Shown here: in pieces, positions 37,144 to 46,734 of the stretch
Layout: each line of letters opens with the position of its first letter
Position numbering within the stretch: position 1 is the first letter of the stretch
From: an uncultured Desulfospira sp.
GTDB taxonomy: Bacteria > Desulfobacterota > Desulfobacteria > Desulfobacterales > Desulfobacteraceae
NCBI GenBank assembly: GCA_963663165.1
Contig: OY760175.1
Coordinates: 2,880,001-2,944,000, forward strand
Direction of reading: 5' to 3'
Length of the DNA: 64,000 nucleotides
Made by a program: the position numbers and the translations under genes
Notes under the pieces: model-generated
Seen by the model: only the letters and a program-made list of their open reading frames with translations
The model's database searches: none
What the model was told of the DNA's origin: nothing

Positions 37144-38103
37144 ATGAAATGGAATTTATCTCGACACATTGGAATGCCTGCGCTTTGCTGCATCCTGATC
37201 ATCAGTGTGTCAATCTCAACAGGCTTTGCCGGTGAAGGGGCAAAATCTGTTTACCTGATGGGGAAAGCCGGTCCTACTGCCGGCCTGATGCCCGGCCCCG
37301 GTTTATACATAAAAGATGATGTTTATTTTTATTCGGGCAGCACCGACGAACTGATCCCGTCATCGGGCCGGCTGGTGCAGGAACTTGACGCCACGGCACT
37401 GATCAACCTGACCACCATCACATGGGTTCCCGGCACCAAAATCGGCGGCGGAACATTGGGGCTTGGCCTTCTTATCCCTTACGGGTACCAGAATATTGAA
37501 GCGGATTTTGAACTGACAGGACCACAGGGCAACGTATTTTCCCGGGACCTTGGCGACAGTGTTACCAGTTTTGGCGATCCCATAGTCAATGCGGCACTGG
37601 GATGGCATGATGGATGCAGCCATTGGAATATCTACACGGCGGTATGGATCCCGGCAGGCGACTACAAAAAAGGGCGGCTGACCAACATGGGAACCAACCA
37701 CTGGGCCGGAGAACTTGGTGCCGGATATACCTGGCTGAACCCGAAGAGCGGCCTGGAAATTTCCGGAACCGCCGGCATCACCTTCAATGGGGAGAACCCG
37801 GATACCGATTACCAGACCGGCAGGGAGATCCACTTTGAGGGTGCCCTGATCCAGCATCTGCCCAACAAGATAGCTTTCGGCCTTGCCGGATATCTCTATC
37901 AGCAGCTGACCGGCGACAGCGGAGACGGGGCCGTTCTGGGCAGCTTTAAAGGCAGAACCATGGGTATCGGCCCCACATTGGCCTACACCTTTAAAAACAA
38001 TATGGCCCTTAATGTTCGCTGGTACCATGAATTTTCCGTTGAAAACCGGGTTAAAGGAGATGCGTTTTTTGCAACGCTGACCATCCCCTTTGCCCAGAAA
38101 TAA
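37144..38103 (+). CDS. SphA / phenol-MetA-degradation family outer-membrane beta-barrel
   Basis: Signal peptide, FGDP...LGWH, PAGDY...NMGTNHW, ENPDTDYQTG, GYLYQQLTGDSG. Confidence 0.85.
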   Translation: MKWNLSRHIGMPALCCILIISVSISTGFAGEGAKSVYLMGKAGPTAGLMPGPGLYIKDDVYFYSGSTDELIPSSGRLVQELDATALINLTTITWVPGTKIGGGTLGLGLLIPYGYQNIEADFELTGPQGNVFSRDLGDSVTSFGDPIVNAALGWHDGCSHWNIYTAVWIPAGDYKKGRLTNMGTNHWAGELGAGYTWLNPKSGLEISGTAGITFNGENPDTDYQTGREIHFEGALIQHLPNKIAFGLAGYLYQQLTGDSGDGAVLGSFKGRTMGIGPTLAYTFKNNMALNVRWYHEFSVENRVKGDAFFATLTIPFAQK

Positions 38104-38157
38104 CCCGAAGCTTAATATATTTCGCACACTAACAAATCAAAAAAAGGAGATCCCCAA

Positions 38158-39558
38158 ATGATAAAAAAAATATGGCCTTCCTTTCTGGTGATGGTATGCC
38201 TGGCCATGCCGATCCTTGGCAGCCCGGCATCCGCCGCTTTAAACCAGGATGAGGAAATCGGGGCCCAGGCCTACATCTACGCTTTTCCAATGGTATTGAT
38301 GGAAATCACCCGGCGGTCCACCACCAATGTGGCTGAAGTCGGAGCAGGCGCATCCGGGCTCAATGCCCCCATGAACCAATTTTCCCATGTCCGGGACTTT
38401 CCGGATCACACCTTCACCGATGTGGTCCGGCCCAATGCGGACACCCTGTATTCCTGCCTCTGGTTTGATGTCACCAAAGAGCCCCTTGTCCTGTCCGTTG
38501 CCGATACAAAGGGGCGGTACTTTCTGCTCCCCATCCTTGATATGTGGACCGACGTCATTGCCTGCCCCGGCAGCCGGACCACGGGAACCGGAAACCAGAC
38601 CTACGCCATTGTGGGGCCGAACTTTGAAGGCCGCCTGCCCCAGGGGATCGAACCCATCCGCTGTCCCACGGGCATTGGCTGGATTATCGGCCGGACCCAG
38701 ACCAATGGCAAGGCCGACTATGATTATGTCCATCAGATTCAAGCCGGATACACGGTCGCTCCTTTAAGCCATTGGGGCAAGAATACCGCACCGGCCAAGG
38801 GCAGTGTCAATCCGGACTGGGACACCAAAACCCCGCCGCTCAAGCAGGTGCTGAACATGGAAACCACGGCATTTTTCCAGCTTTTTGCCGAACTGCTCAA
38901 GGACAATCCCCCCCATGAGATGGACTGGAATATGGTGGCCCAGCTCAAACAGATCGGCATGGTTCCGGGGCACTCCTTTGACGGCTCAGCCCTCACCGCC
39001 GAACAGAAAAAGGCCCTTGACCAGGCGGCACAAGAGGCCAAAAAACTAATTTCAAAAGGAAGCATGGGTGAAGCCGTAAACGGCTGGACGGTTTCCCGCG
39101 ACTTTATGGGAACTTACGCCACCTCCTATCTTCATCGCGCAGTGATTGCCATGATGGGGCTTGGGGCCAACCTGGCTGAGGATGCGGTGTATCCCTTAAC
39201 CCAGGTAGACCATGAAGGGAATGCTTACAACGGGGCCAACACCTATGTCATCCATTTTGACAAAGGCACCCTGCCGCCGGTAAAGGGATTCTGGTCCCTG
39301 ACCATGTACAATGAAAAAATGCTCTTTGTTGAGAACCCCATCGGGCGGTATGCCATCGGTGACCGGGACAAGCTTGAACTCAACCCGGACGGTTCCCTGG
39401 ACATCATCGTTCAGCATGCCTCGCCGGGAAAGGACAAAGAAGCCAACTGGCTGCCGGCCCCGGAAGGTAAATTTGACATGCTCATGCGCCTGTATTGGCC
39501 GGGTATGGATGTGCTTACCGGGGTGTGGATACCCCCGGCGGTCCAAAAGACAAATTAG
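38158..39558 (+). CDS. DUF1254/DUF1214 domain protein
   Basis: AYIYAFP, VVRPNADTLYS, PPVKGFWSLTMY, NWLPAP, MRLYWP. Confidence 0.9.
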   Translation: MIKKIWPSFLVMVCLAMPILGSPASAALNQDEEIGAQAYIYAFPMVLMEITRRSTTNVAEVGAGASGLNAPMNQFSHVRDFPDHTFTDVVRPNADTLYSCLWFDVTKEPLVLSVADTKGRYFLLPILDMWTDVIACPGSRTTGTGNQTYAIVGPNFEGRLPQGIEPIRCPTGIGWIIGRTQTNGKADYDYVHQIQAGYTVAPLSHWGKNTAPAKGSVNPDWDTKTPPLKQVLNMETTAFFQLFAELLKDNPPHEMDWNMVAQLKQIGMVPGHSFDGSALTAEQKKALDQAAQEAKKLISKGSMGEAVNGWTVSRDFMGTYATSYLHRAVIAMMGLGANLAEDAVYPLTQVDHEGNAYNGANTYVIHFDKGTLPPVKGFWSLTMYNEKMLFVENPIGRYAIGDRDKLELNPDGSLDIIVQHASPGKDKEANWLPAPEGKFDMLMRLYWPGMDVLTGVWIPPAVQKTN

Positions 39559-39585
39559 TGTTTGAACGAACAGTCACCCATCTGC
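39558..39585. repeat. End fragment of MITE family C
   Basis: GTGTTTGAACGAACAGTCACCCATCTGC resembles the termini of 51289-51414. Confidence 0.55.
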
Positions 39586-40608
39586 AGGGGCGTTGGCCTC
39601 CTGGGGCGGGGCCTTTTGTTTTTTAAGGGAGACCTGGGCCGACATGCCCAGCTTTCTGAGTTCTTCGGTAAATGCAGCAAAAAAACCGGTATAGTAAAGG
39701 GGGACGGGGGGCTGGTCCCCTATGGCCATCTGAGTGGCCAGAAAAATATTATATTCCAGCCGGTATCCCCAGACCGTTATGGGCAGTTTAAATTCGTCCG
39801 GGGCACTGGCCTGGGCCGCAACCTGATCTTCTAGTTGTGAAAACCGGCCATCTTTGGGAATCATCTTTTCAAAGGCAAGCCCCTGGAGCAGGTCATGGGT
39901 ATGGCAGCCCTTAGGAATACCCGATGCGCCGATCAGCGCCCGTTTCATACCCGACAGCCATTGACGGTTGGCCCCGGGTCCCGGCATCAGGGCATTGATT
40001 TCCGATTTACTGTTTTGCAAAAACAGTTGATTTTTAATATTGTGGGACGCCTTTTCCGGAGAAGTGCCGCCCTGTGAGCGGCCTTTTTCCACAATGATGC
40101 CAAATCCAAGGCCGGCATAGTTTCTGGCATCGGAAAATTTAATCCCGGACAACAGGTACTCTATGCGGATCTTTTCCGGCGCTTTTTTAAACTGCTGGGC
40201 TTTCCAGGGTCCTTCCTCCCGGGTGCCGCTGATAATGGGTTCGGTACATGGCAGGCTGTTTTTATCCAGTTCCATATAAGTATCAAACAACGCAGACAGG
40301 TTATCTCTTCTTTTCAAATCCATCTGGTTCCAGAGGATAATGTCTTTTTCTTTTTGTGCGATTTTGCCTTTATAAATACGAAAACAGGCCAGGGTCGGGA
40401 TCGCAGTGACAACCAGGAAATACTGGAACAGGGACATGTAAAGGGAGCCGGGAAACAGACTCAGGCGATAAAAGAAAAACGGATAGGCCACCAAAATTGG
40501 CAGTGTATAGAGCAACGCCGTTCTTATCAAATAATTTCGGTTGTCACGCTGCCGTTCAAGGGCATATTGACTCATACTTTGCGGGTTTGACTCTTTTGAT
40601 GTTGCCAT
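39574..40608 (-). CDS. Hypothetical membrane protein (two N-terminal TM helices)
   Basis: 344-aa ORF, no recognisable motif. Confidence 0.65.
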   Translation of the reverse strand: MATSKESNPQSMSQYALERQRDNRNYLIRTALLYTLPILVAYPFFFYRLSLFPGSLYMSLFQYFLVVTAIPTLACFRIYKGKIAQKEKDIILWNQMDLKRRDNLSALFDTYMELDKNSLPCTEPIISGTREEGPWKAQQFKKAPEKIRIEYLLSGIKFSDARNYAGLGFGIIVEKGRSQGGTSPEKASHNIKNQLFLQNSKSEINALMPGPGANRQWLSGMKRALIGASGIPKGCHTHDLLQGLAFEKMIPKDGRFSQLEDQVAAQASAPDEFKLPITVWGYRLEYNIFLATQMAIGDQPPVPLYYTGFFAAFTEELRKLGMSAQVSLKKQKAPPQEANAPADG

Positions 40609-40710
40609 AAAGAAATAAGCCTATTGAAATTTCGTTCAGGCACCAATTAGGGCGGTTCGGTTTTGAGATGATGCTAAGTTATTGTCTTTTTACTGATCTT
40701 ATTGACGTTT

Positions 40711-40858
40711 TATAAGAAACTGGAGACAAGAAACAAGAGACAAGAGGGCGAAGCACCTGCGGGGCCCAATTTATAGTCTACCGTTGCTGGTATCTTCAGT
40801 TTCATTATTCGTTGTGGGCGGTTCTTGGCTGGATAACCAAGGCGGCCCGTGGCCGTTA
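40711..40858 (+). repeat. Dispersed repeat family D, long form (~148 bp)
   Basis: Near-identical in reverse orientation to 48274-48423 and 63783-63930. Confidence 0.9.
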
Positions 40859-40978
40859 GTAAAGTTTAACCATCCCCTGCCGGAAAAATCAACACCCAAT
40901 TTACATAAATTTCCATTAATGATATGGCATCATCTTAACGGAACACCCTTAACCAGACGTTTATTTAGAGGTTTGCCC

Positions 40979-41203
40979 ATGGCTGTTTTTGGAAAAACCG
41001 GTTTTGTCCGGAAGCAGGAAATTCTTTTTGCGAAAAAACTTCTGGCATGGAAGTATGAAAATTCAGGCATGGAACTGCCCGATGATGCCGCCCTTTATGC
41101 CCATGCCGAAAAGGTTGTCGAGCAGGCCCACGTGATCGCCAGGAAAAGCGGTAAAAACGTACTGGAAATTTTAAACGAGCTTAAAGGGCAGGTAAGAAGG
41201 TGA
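40979..41203 (+). CDS. Small hypothetical protein (74 aa)
   Basis: ATG after GAGG; the longer ORF call starts inside repeat D. Confidence 0.6.
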   Translation: MAVFGKTGFVRKQEILFAKKLLAWKYENSGMELPDDAALYAHAEKVVEQAHVIARKSGKNVLEILNELKGQVRR

Positions 41204-41219
41204 GCCTGCCCCATCCGGA

Positions 41220-42326
41220 TCAGGATTCCACCCGGACAAACCCTGCCATGATCACCGCGCCGATAAAAAAGAATATTACGGCCATGCCGGCCTGGACCGG
41301 TGTCTCAGGAAGGACATTGATATTGGTATAAACCGGGACATTTTCAAGAAGCGCAATTCCCCCGGCCTGTTTGACATACTGCTCGGCCAGGACCATGACC
41401 TTCTTAAAGGGCCACAGGGCGTACAAAGAGCCTGCCATCAGGCCCGTCAGAAAGGCCATGGTGGCATCGTAATACCGGTTTAAAACATAGTTGACCAGCT
41501 TGGCAAACAGCAGACCGCCCACCACAATCCCTAAGCCGAAAGCCCCTAAAAATAAGAACGTATCGGCCTGGAAATGCCTTAAGGCCGAAATAGCGGAAAT
41601 CACCTCAAAATAGGCCCCCATGAGAATCAGGACAAGGGAACCGCTGATACCGGGCAGGACCATGGCGGAAATGGAAACCGCCCCGCACAACGCCGCATAG
41701 GCATATTCTTTGCCGGTATACTTCCCTGAAGATTCCACCGGCCCGGCCCCGGCTGTCCCGGCCGGGTCTGAGGCCTTGGCATACTGCTGTTTATAATGGT
41801 CTGATTTTATTTTGGCTTTGTCATAGGGATTGACCATGCCCGATACCATGATGGTCAGGCCGGCCCCCAGAATGGCCCAGAAAATCAGAACCGCTTTCAA
41901 CGATTTAAGCATCTTTACCGGGATCACTACAGAGACCAGAATCAATCCGAAAAACAAGGCATATGTCATGGAAAAATGGTAGAGCAGCAGGTACTTCATC
42001 AGGCTGGAAAGGGCCAGAATAGCCGCTACGGCCCCCAGCATGAGTTTAAACAAAAACAGAAAATCCGTGTCCTTTAGAAACCGGATCAATTGGGCCATAC
42101 TTTCCCGTGACCCCATTTTAACGGCCAGGTTTTTAACCAGCTTTAAACCAGTGAACAGATTGGCCCCGTTGATCCGGTTCAAAATGGCAAAAACCCGTTC
42201 ATAAATTTTAAACACCAGCAGAAAGGTGCCGCCGGAAACACCGGGAATGATATTGGCGGTTCCCAGACAGGCCCCTATGAGCAGTTCTTTGACAAGAGAA
42301 GATTGTTTATTCATTCGTGTAGACAT
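41220..42326 (-). CDS. DUF368 family membrane protein (putative undecaprenyl-phosphate translocase)
   Basis: ANIIPGVSGGT and AMVLPGISGS repeats; GLMAGSLYALWPF. Confidence 0.9.
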   Translation of the reverse strand: MSTRMNKQSSLVKELLIGACLGTANIIPGVSGGTFLLVFKIYERVFAILNRINGANLFTGLKLVKNLAVKMGSRESMAQLIRFLKDTDFLFLFKLMLGAVAAILALSSLMKYLLLYHFSMTYALFFGLILVSVVIPVKMLKSLKAVLIFWAILGAGLTIMVSGMVNPYDKAKIKSDHYKQQYAKASDPAGTAGAGPVESSGKYTGKEYAYAALCGAVSISAMVLPGISGSLVLILMGAYFEVISAISALRHFQADTFLFLGAFGLGIVVGGLLFAKLVNYVLNRYYDATMAFLTGLMAGSLYALWPFKKVMVLAEQYVKQAGGIALLENVPVYTNINVLPETPVQAGMAVIFFFIGAVIMAGFVRVES

Positions 42327-42382
42327 TAGGGGTTTAGACTAAAGGCATTCAGGCCAAAGGAATTCAGCCCTCCCACCGGCTC

Positions 42383-42489
42383 ACTCTCTAACTTACTCAC
42401 TTACTCACTTTCCCACTCTCCCACTCTCCCACTTTCTCACTTTCTCACTTTCTCACTTTCTCACTTTCCCACTTTCCCACTTTCCCACC
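42383..42489. repeat. Octamer tandem repeat (ACTTTCTC/ACTTTCCC)n
   Basis: About 13 degenerate 8-mers between pcm and the DUF368 gene. Confidence 0.85.
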
Positions 42490-42496
42490 GGCCCAA

Positions 42497-43153
42497 CTAC
42501 GACTCCCACCCATGCTGCCCGATAAGCTTAACAAAGCGGCACCCGCCAAGGCTTTGGGTTTCCACCCCGTTCCGGGTCTTTCTCAGCTTGATCAGATCCT
42601 GGGTGAGCTGCCCGCCCACCGGCATGACAAGGCAGCCGCCCTCAGCCAGCTGATCCACTAACGGCGGGGGGATCTGGTTGCCGCCGGCGGTTACGATGAT
42701 GGCGTCAAAGGGGGCTTCCTGTTTCCACCCCTGGGTCCCATCGGAATACCGGGTAACAATGTTATGGTATTTCAGCCGGTCAAACAATTTGCGCGTCTGG
42801 AGAAAAAGGGCGTTATTCCGTTCAACGGTATACACCTTATAGACGATTTTTGAAAGCACGGCCGCCTGATAGCCGGACCCGGTGCCGATCTCAAGGACCC
42901 GTTCCCCGCCTTTTAATTCCAAATTCTGGGTCATCTCGGCAATGATATACGGCTGGGAAATGGTCTGGCCCTCACCAATGGGCAGGGGAAAATCCTCATA
43001 AGCGCTGTCCACTAAGGCTTCGCTCACGAACAAATGGCGGGGAACCTGGTCCATGGCCTTGATCACCAGAGGATCGGTCACCCCCCGGGCCATGATCTGT
43101 CTTTCAATCATATCCCTGCGCCGGCTGGTAAATTTTTTGGGCTCCGTATTCAT
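42497..43153 (-). CDS. pcm: Protein-L-isoaspartate O-methyltransferase
   Basis: VPRHLFV, LPIGEGQTISQP, VLEIGTGSGYQAA, APFDAIIVTA. Confidence 0.95.
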   Translation of the reverse strand: MNTEPKKFTSRRRDMIERQIMARGVTDPLVIKAMDQVPRHLFVSEALVDSAYEDFPLPIGEGQTISQPYIIAEMTQNLELKGGERVLEIGTGSGYQAAVLSKIVYKVYTVERNNALFLQTRKLFDRLKYHNIVTRYSDGTQGWKQEAPFDAIIVTAGGNQIPPPLVDQLAEGGCLVMPVGGQLTQDLIKLRKTRNGVETQSLGGCRFVKLIGQHGWES

Positions 43154-43331
43154 GAATGTCTTAATACCAGTAAGCTTGGGGAAGGTCAAGAAACATGAGA
43201 CCGGCAGCAACAAGTATTTTTCTTTTATGTCCAGCCCCCGTTTCCCGCCTCAGGTCTCCTGTCTCCGACTTTTGGCTCCCCGCTTCTTTGTCTTGCTTTT
43301 TCCTCAAAAGATCCGTATTACTGTTTTAGAT

Positions 43332-44342
43332 ATGAAACCCCTTTTAAAAATAGAAATCGCGGTGTTTGCGGCGGTCTGTATCTTTGGAATCGGCATTGGC
43401 GGATACATGCTTTTAGAGGGGTGGAATTTTCTTGACTCAGCCTATATGACGGCCATCACATTGAGTACCGTCGGCTTTATGGAAGTCCACGAAACCCATC
43501 ATCTGGGAAGAATTTTCACCATTTTGCTGATATTTACCGGGGGCGGCTACTATCTTTACATTGTCAGTGTGATCAGCAAATCCATCATTGAAGGTGAGAT
43601 AAAATCATTGCTAGGGAGGCAGCGATTGGACAAGCGGATACAAAAAATGCAGGGCCACTACATTGTATGCGGCTATGGCCGGATCGGAAAGGTCTTGTGT
43701 GACCTGATCAGTGAAAAAACCCGTGACCTGGTCGTCATTGAACAAAATGAGGCCATGCAGGCAAAGCTGGACAAAGACAAAATCCATTACCTGATCGGAG
43801 ACGCCTCCAGTGAAGACCTCCTGATCAAAGCAGGCATTGAACGGGCCAGCTTCCTGGTGGCCTGCCTGGCCACGGACACGGCCAATGTGTTTCTGGTTCT
43901 CACGGCCCGGCAGCTGAATCCGGATATTTATATCATGGCCCGGGCCAGCGGCCCCGAGGTCAGCAAGAAACTGATCGTGGCCGGGGCCAACAAGGTCGAG
44001 TCCCCTTATGACACCGGTGCCGTATCCATGGGGCTCAAACTGCTAAGGCCCAGTGTCAGAAGCTTTCTGGACACGGCCCTGTCCAGAAAAAAAGAGGACA
44101 TCCAGATCGAAGAACTCTATGTTCCGGCCTTATCCAAATACGCCAATGTGATGCTCAAGGACTCGGGCATCCGCCAGCAGTTTAACCTGATCATTATTTC
44201 CATTAAGAAAGAATCCGGACAGATGCTGTTCAACCCGCATTTTGAGACCTTGATTGAACCCATGGACACGGTCATCGTCATTGGGAAAACCCCTGACCTG
44301 GAAAAATTCCAAGAAGCCTTAAACCAGGAAAAAGAAGGATAG
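43332..44342 (+). CDS. Potassium channel protein with TrkA-N/TrkA-C (RCK) domains
   Basis: TLSTVGF selectivity filter, HYIVCGYGRIG, GDAS; start reset to ATG 43332. Confidence 0.9.
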   Translation: MKPLLKIEIAVFAAVCIFGIGIGGYMLLEGWNFLDSAYMTAITLSTVGFMEVHETHHLGRIFTILLIFTGGGYYLYIVSVISKSIIEGEIKSLLGRQRLDKRIQKMQGHYIVCGYGRIGKVLCDLISEKTRDLVVIEQNEAMQAKLDKDKIHYLIGDASSEDLLIKAGIERASFLVACLATDTANVFLVLTARQLNPDIYIMARASGPEVSKKLIVAGANKVESPYDTGAVSMGLKLLRPSVRSFLDTALSRKKEDIQIEELYVPALSKYANVMLKDSGIRQQFNLIIISIKKESGQMLFNPHFETLIEPMDTVIVIGKTPDLEKFQEALNQEKEG

Positions 44343-44344
44343 GG

Positions 44345-45487
44345 CTACTCCCCTTTTAGCTGGGCCAGCTTCTTTTTTTTGGCCGCAAGGTCTTGTTCGT
44401 GGCTATAGATATATGTTGACTCTTTTTTAGAAGACCAGAAATCGTAAAACGCTTCTGCCCGGCCACTTTCAATATCATCTTCCAATTTCCGGATCTGATA
44501 TTCAAGCCTTGCGATTTCCGATGCAGTGGAGTCTGTTTCCGCGGTCCGGGCTGTCTGGGACCAGGTCTCACCGGATAGGACATTGTCTTCATCCAGGCGG
44601 CCTGCGGATGATGAACCGTCTGAATCATTTGAGTCCGAATCCGTTGAATCTGAGCCGGATGAATCGCTGGAATTAGAAGACACCAGGCCGGAATCTGAAC
44701 TATCCGTACTATCATCTGACGAACTTGCGGCCCGGGTCTGTGTCGAAGACTTTTTATCACCTGTTTTCAGTGCGGAACCAGTTCCTGTGGAATCTGTGCC
44801 GGAATGGGCACGGCTTTTCCCGGTAAGATACCGGGAAGATCTGCCGGGCGAATCCTGGGCCAGATGGCCTGATTCACGGGTATCATTGGAATTTGGATTT
44901 TTGTCAGCCGCCCAAGGGACTGGCCGGCCCCCATTGGCCTGATCAGTGGGGGGTGGCCCCATCCCGGGAGGGACAGGCGAGCCAAAGCGCTGGCGACTTT
45001 TTCCGGATTTTGACCGGCCCTTTTGATCGGGCGGGCCCGCGGCACTGCCGGGGGCCTGCCCCTTTTTGCTGACCTTTTCAGGGGGAAGCCAATTATTTTT
45101 TATGCTTTTGCCGGCCGGGCCGGTACCAACGGGGCTGAACGCATCGGCATCCGTGTAGGCGAAGCATCTGGCTGATTCAAAGTAATCATGGCTGTAAACC
45201 ACAGCATAATTATACCCTTTGAGCAATTTTTCCAGGACAGCTTCGAGGGGGACCCGGTCAAATGACAGGTCCTTTGAATAGTCGATAAAGGTTTCGGTAA
45301 TATAAATTTCAACATTGGCCTGATCGGCCAGGTCTATCAGAACCGATGCAACAGAGGCCTGGTTCTGATGGATACTCACAAGTCCCTGGTCACAGCTTAT
45401 ATTCAAAGGCCGGGCCAAAACCGGAACATCCGCCGCCCAGACAAGCAGGACAGCGGCAAACCATAGAATTTTAAACCCATCCTTCAT
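44345..45487 (-). CDS. Secreted hypothetical protein: secretin-N/STN-like domain + Pro-rich and Ser/Asp-rich linker + coiled coil
   Basis: Signal peptide; ASVASVLIDLADQANVEI...VPLEAVLEKLLKGYNY; SSDDSTDSSDS tract. Confidence 0.6.
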   Translation of the reverse strand: MKDGFKILWFAAVLLVWAADVPVLARPLNISCDQGLVSIHQNQASVASVLIDLADQANVEIYITETFIDYSKDLSFDRVPLEAVLEKLLKGYNYAVVYSHDYFESARCFAYTDADAFSPVGTGPAGKSIKNNWLPPEKVSKKGQAPGSAAGPPDQKGRSKSGKSRQRFGSPVPPGMGPPPTDQANGGRPVPWAADKNPNSNDTRESGHLAQDSPGRSSRYLTGKSRAHSGTDSTGTGSALKTGDKKSSTQTRAASSSDDSTDSSDSGLVSSNSSDSSGSDSTDSDSNDSDGSSSAGRLDEDNVLSGETWSQTARTAETDSTASEIARLEYQIRKLEDDIESGRAEAFYDFWSSKKESTYIYSHEQDLAAKKKKLAQLKGE

Positions 45488-45764
45488 TGCGTCATCGTTT
45501 GTTTCTCAGGAGTTGCCCTTAAAACCGCCTCAACGGCTTAACAACAGCGGCCTTACGGTCTATTCATCCTACATGAAGAACCCTTCGGGGACAATACTCT
45601 TTTTGGGCAGGGCCGCCGGCTATGGAGAAGGACGGCCGGAAAATTATGATTCCTTTGGACTGCTCGGTTGGTAACCGGAAACCAGATGTTGCCTACGCCC
45701 GGATTTGGTCTCCGGTCTCTTTTCTTCCGGTCTCCAGTCTCCGGTTTTCCGTCTCCGTTACTCT

Positions 45765-46691
45765 TTATAGAACAAAATCCTCCTTCTCCGCCAGGCCATC
45801 TCCTTGAAGAAGCTGTTCGGCCCCTGAAGGCACGGGCAGATGTTTAATCTTTTTGGGGACCCTGAACCGGGTCGGCGAAACCGGGGGCTTTTTCAGCAGG
45901 GTCCGCCAGCCGTTTTCCCGGTTGGCCCGGGCAATGTTTCCACTTCCAATGGGATCGAAATCAAGGGCCAGGGCCTGTTCAGGGGCTTGCAGCAGGTCAA
46001 TGACCAGACCATAGGAATAATTGAGTTGTGCGCCCAGATACTCCCGGTGATATGCGGGAACGATCTTTCTTGAAAATTCCAGAGACCGGACGAAAGACTG
46101 ATATTCCAGAAGTTCAATGGTGCCGTGGAACAGCTTTTTTTTAAATAAAAACCCGGGCTTTCCGGCTTTCATTTGTTTGCAAAGGGACCTGTCAGCCTCC
46201 CGGTTGGCCTGGCAGAAAAGTGCTGCGGCCTGGTTTGCCGGCCGGTTGACCCGGCTGTCGGCCAGCATTTCAATGTAGACGTGGCCCAGGCGCCCTGCCC
46301 TCAAACATCGGCCCATCAGATTGGGAACATAATAGTTATGGGCGGTAATATCGGCGGCCAGATGGGACAGATAGCCCAGGGCGTAAGTTTTGAGATAAGG
46401 GTTGTCTGCGGCGTCGTGCAAAAGGGCCAGACCGGTTTTCCAGTTATGGCTGTGCAACGGCTTGGCCCGGCTTCCCTTGCCGATGAAGATGTCCGCACTC
46501 AGGCATCCGTATAAAAAGACGGCCGGATCGGATAGAAGAAGCCGGGCGACCGCCAAAGGCAAAAGCTCAAGATTGTTCAGCACGGCATTGCCGATGGCCA
46601 TATGAACCCCCGGGCCCCATGCCAGGCAGACCGGGGCAACACCCAAAACGGCGATGAGGGTGTAAACCAATATCAGTGTCACTTTTTTCAT
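45765..46691 (-). CDS. Zinc-dependent phospholipase C family protein
   Basis: Signal peptide then WGPGVH; GYLSHLAADITAHNYYVP; HVYIE. Confidence 0.85.
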   Translation of the reverse strand: MKKVTLILVYTLIAVLGVAPVCLAWGPGVHMAIGNAVLNNLELLPLAVARLLLSDPAVFLYGCLSADIFIGKGSRAKPLHSHNWKTGLALLHDAADNPYLKTYALGYLSHLAADITAHNYYVPNLMGRCLRAGRLGHVYIEMLADSRVNRPANQAAALFCQANREADRSLCKQMKAGKPGFLFKKKLFHGTIELLEYQSFVRSLEFSRKIVPAYHREYLGAQLNYSYGLVIDLLQAPEQALALDFDPIGSGNIARANRENGWRTLLKKPPVSPTRFRVPKKIKHLPVPSGAEQLLQGDGLAEKEDFVL

Positions 46692-46734
46692 GGTTTGTAT
46701 AGATCCTTCCCGGGCAGCGGCAGGAAGCTTTGTT

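Noticed and set aside
40784..40978. ORF starts and ORFs reading LLVSSVSLFVVGG (also 48198-48431, 63765-63965)
   Set aside because: Translations of repeat family D; they also create false N-terminal extensions on the cls and 40979 genes.
42383..42489. Possible CRISPR array here or at 58753-58868 and 23018-23122
   Set aside because: Contiguous 7-8-mers with no unique spacers and no cas genes.
43053..43331. N-terminal extension of the potassium channel ORF
   Set aside because: Overlaps pcm on the opposite strand and crosses heptamer-like repeats; ATG 43332 fits the family.
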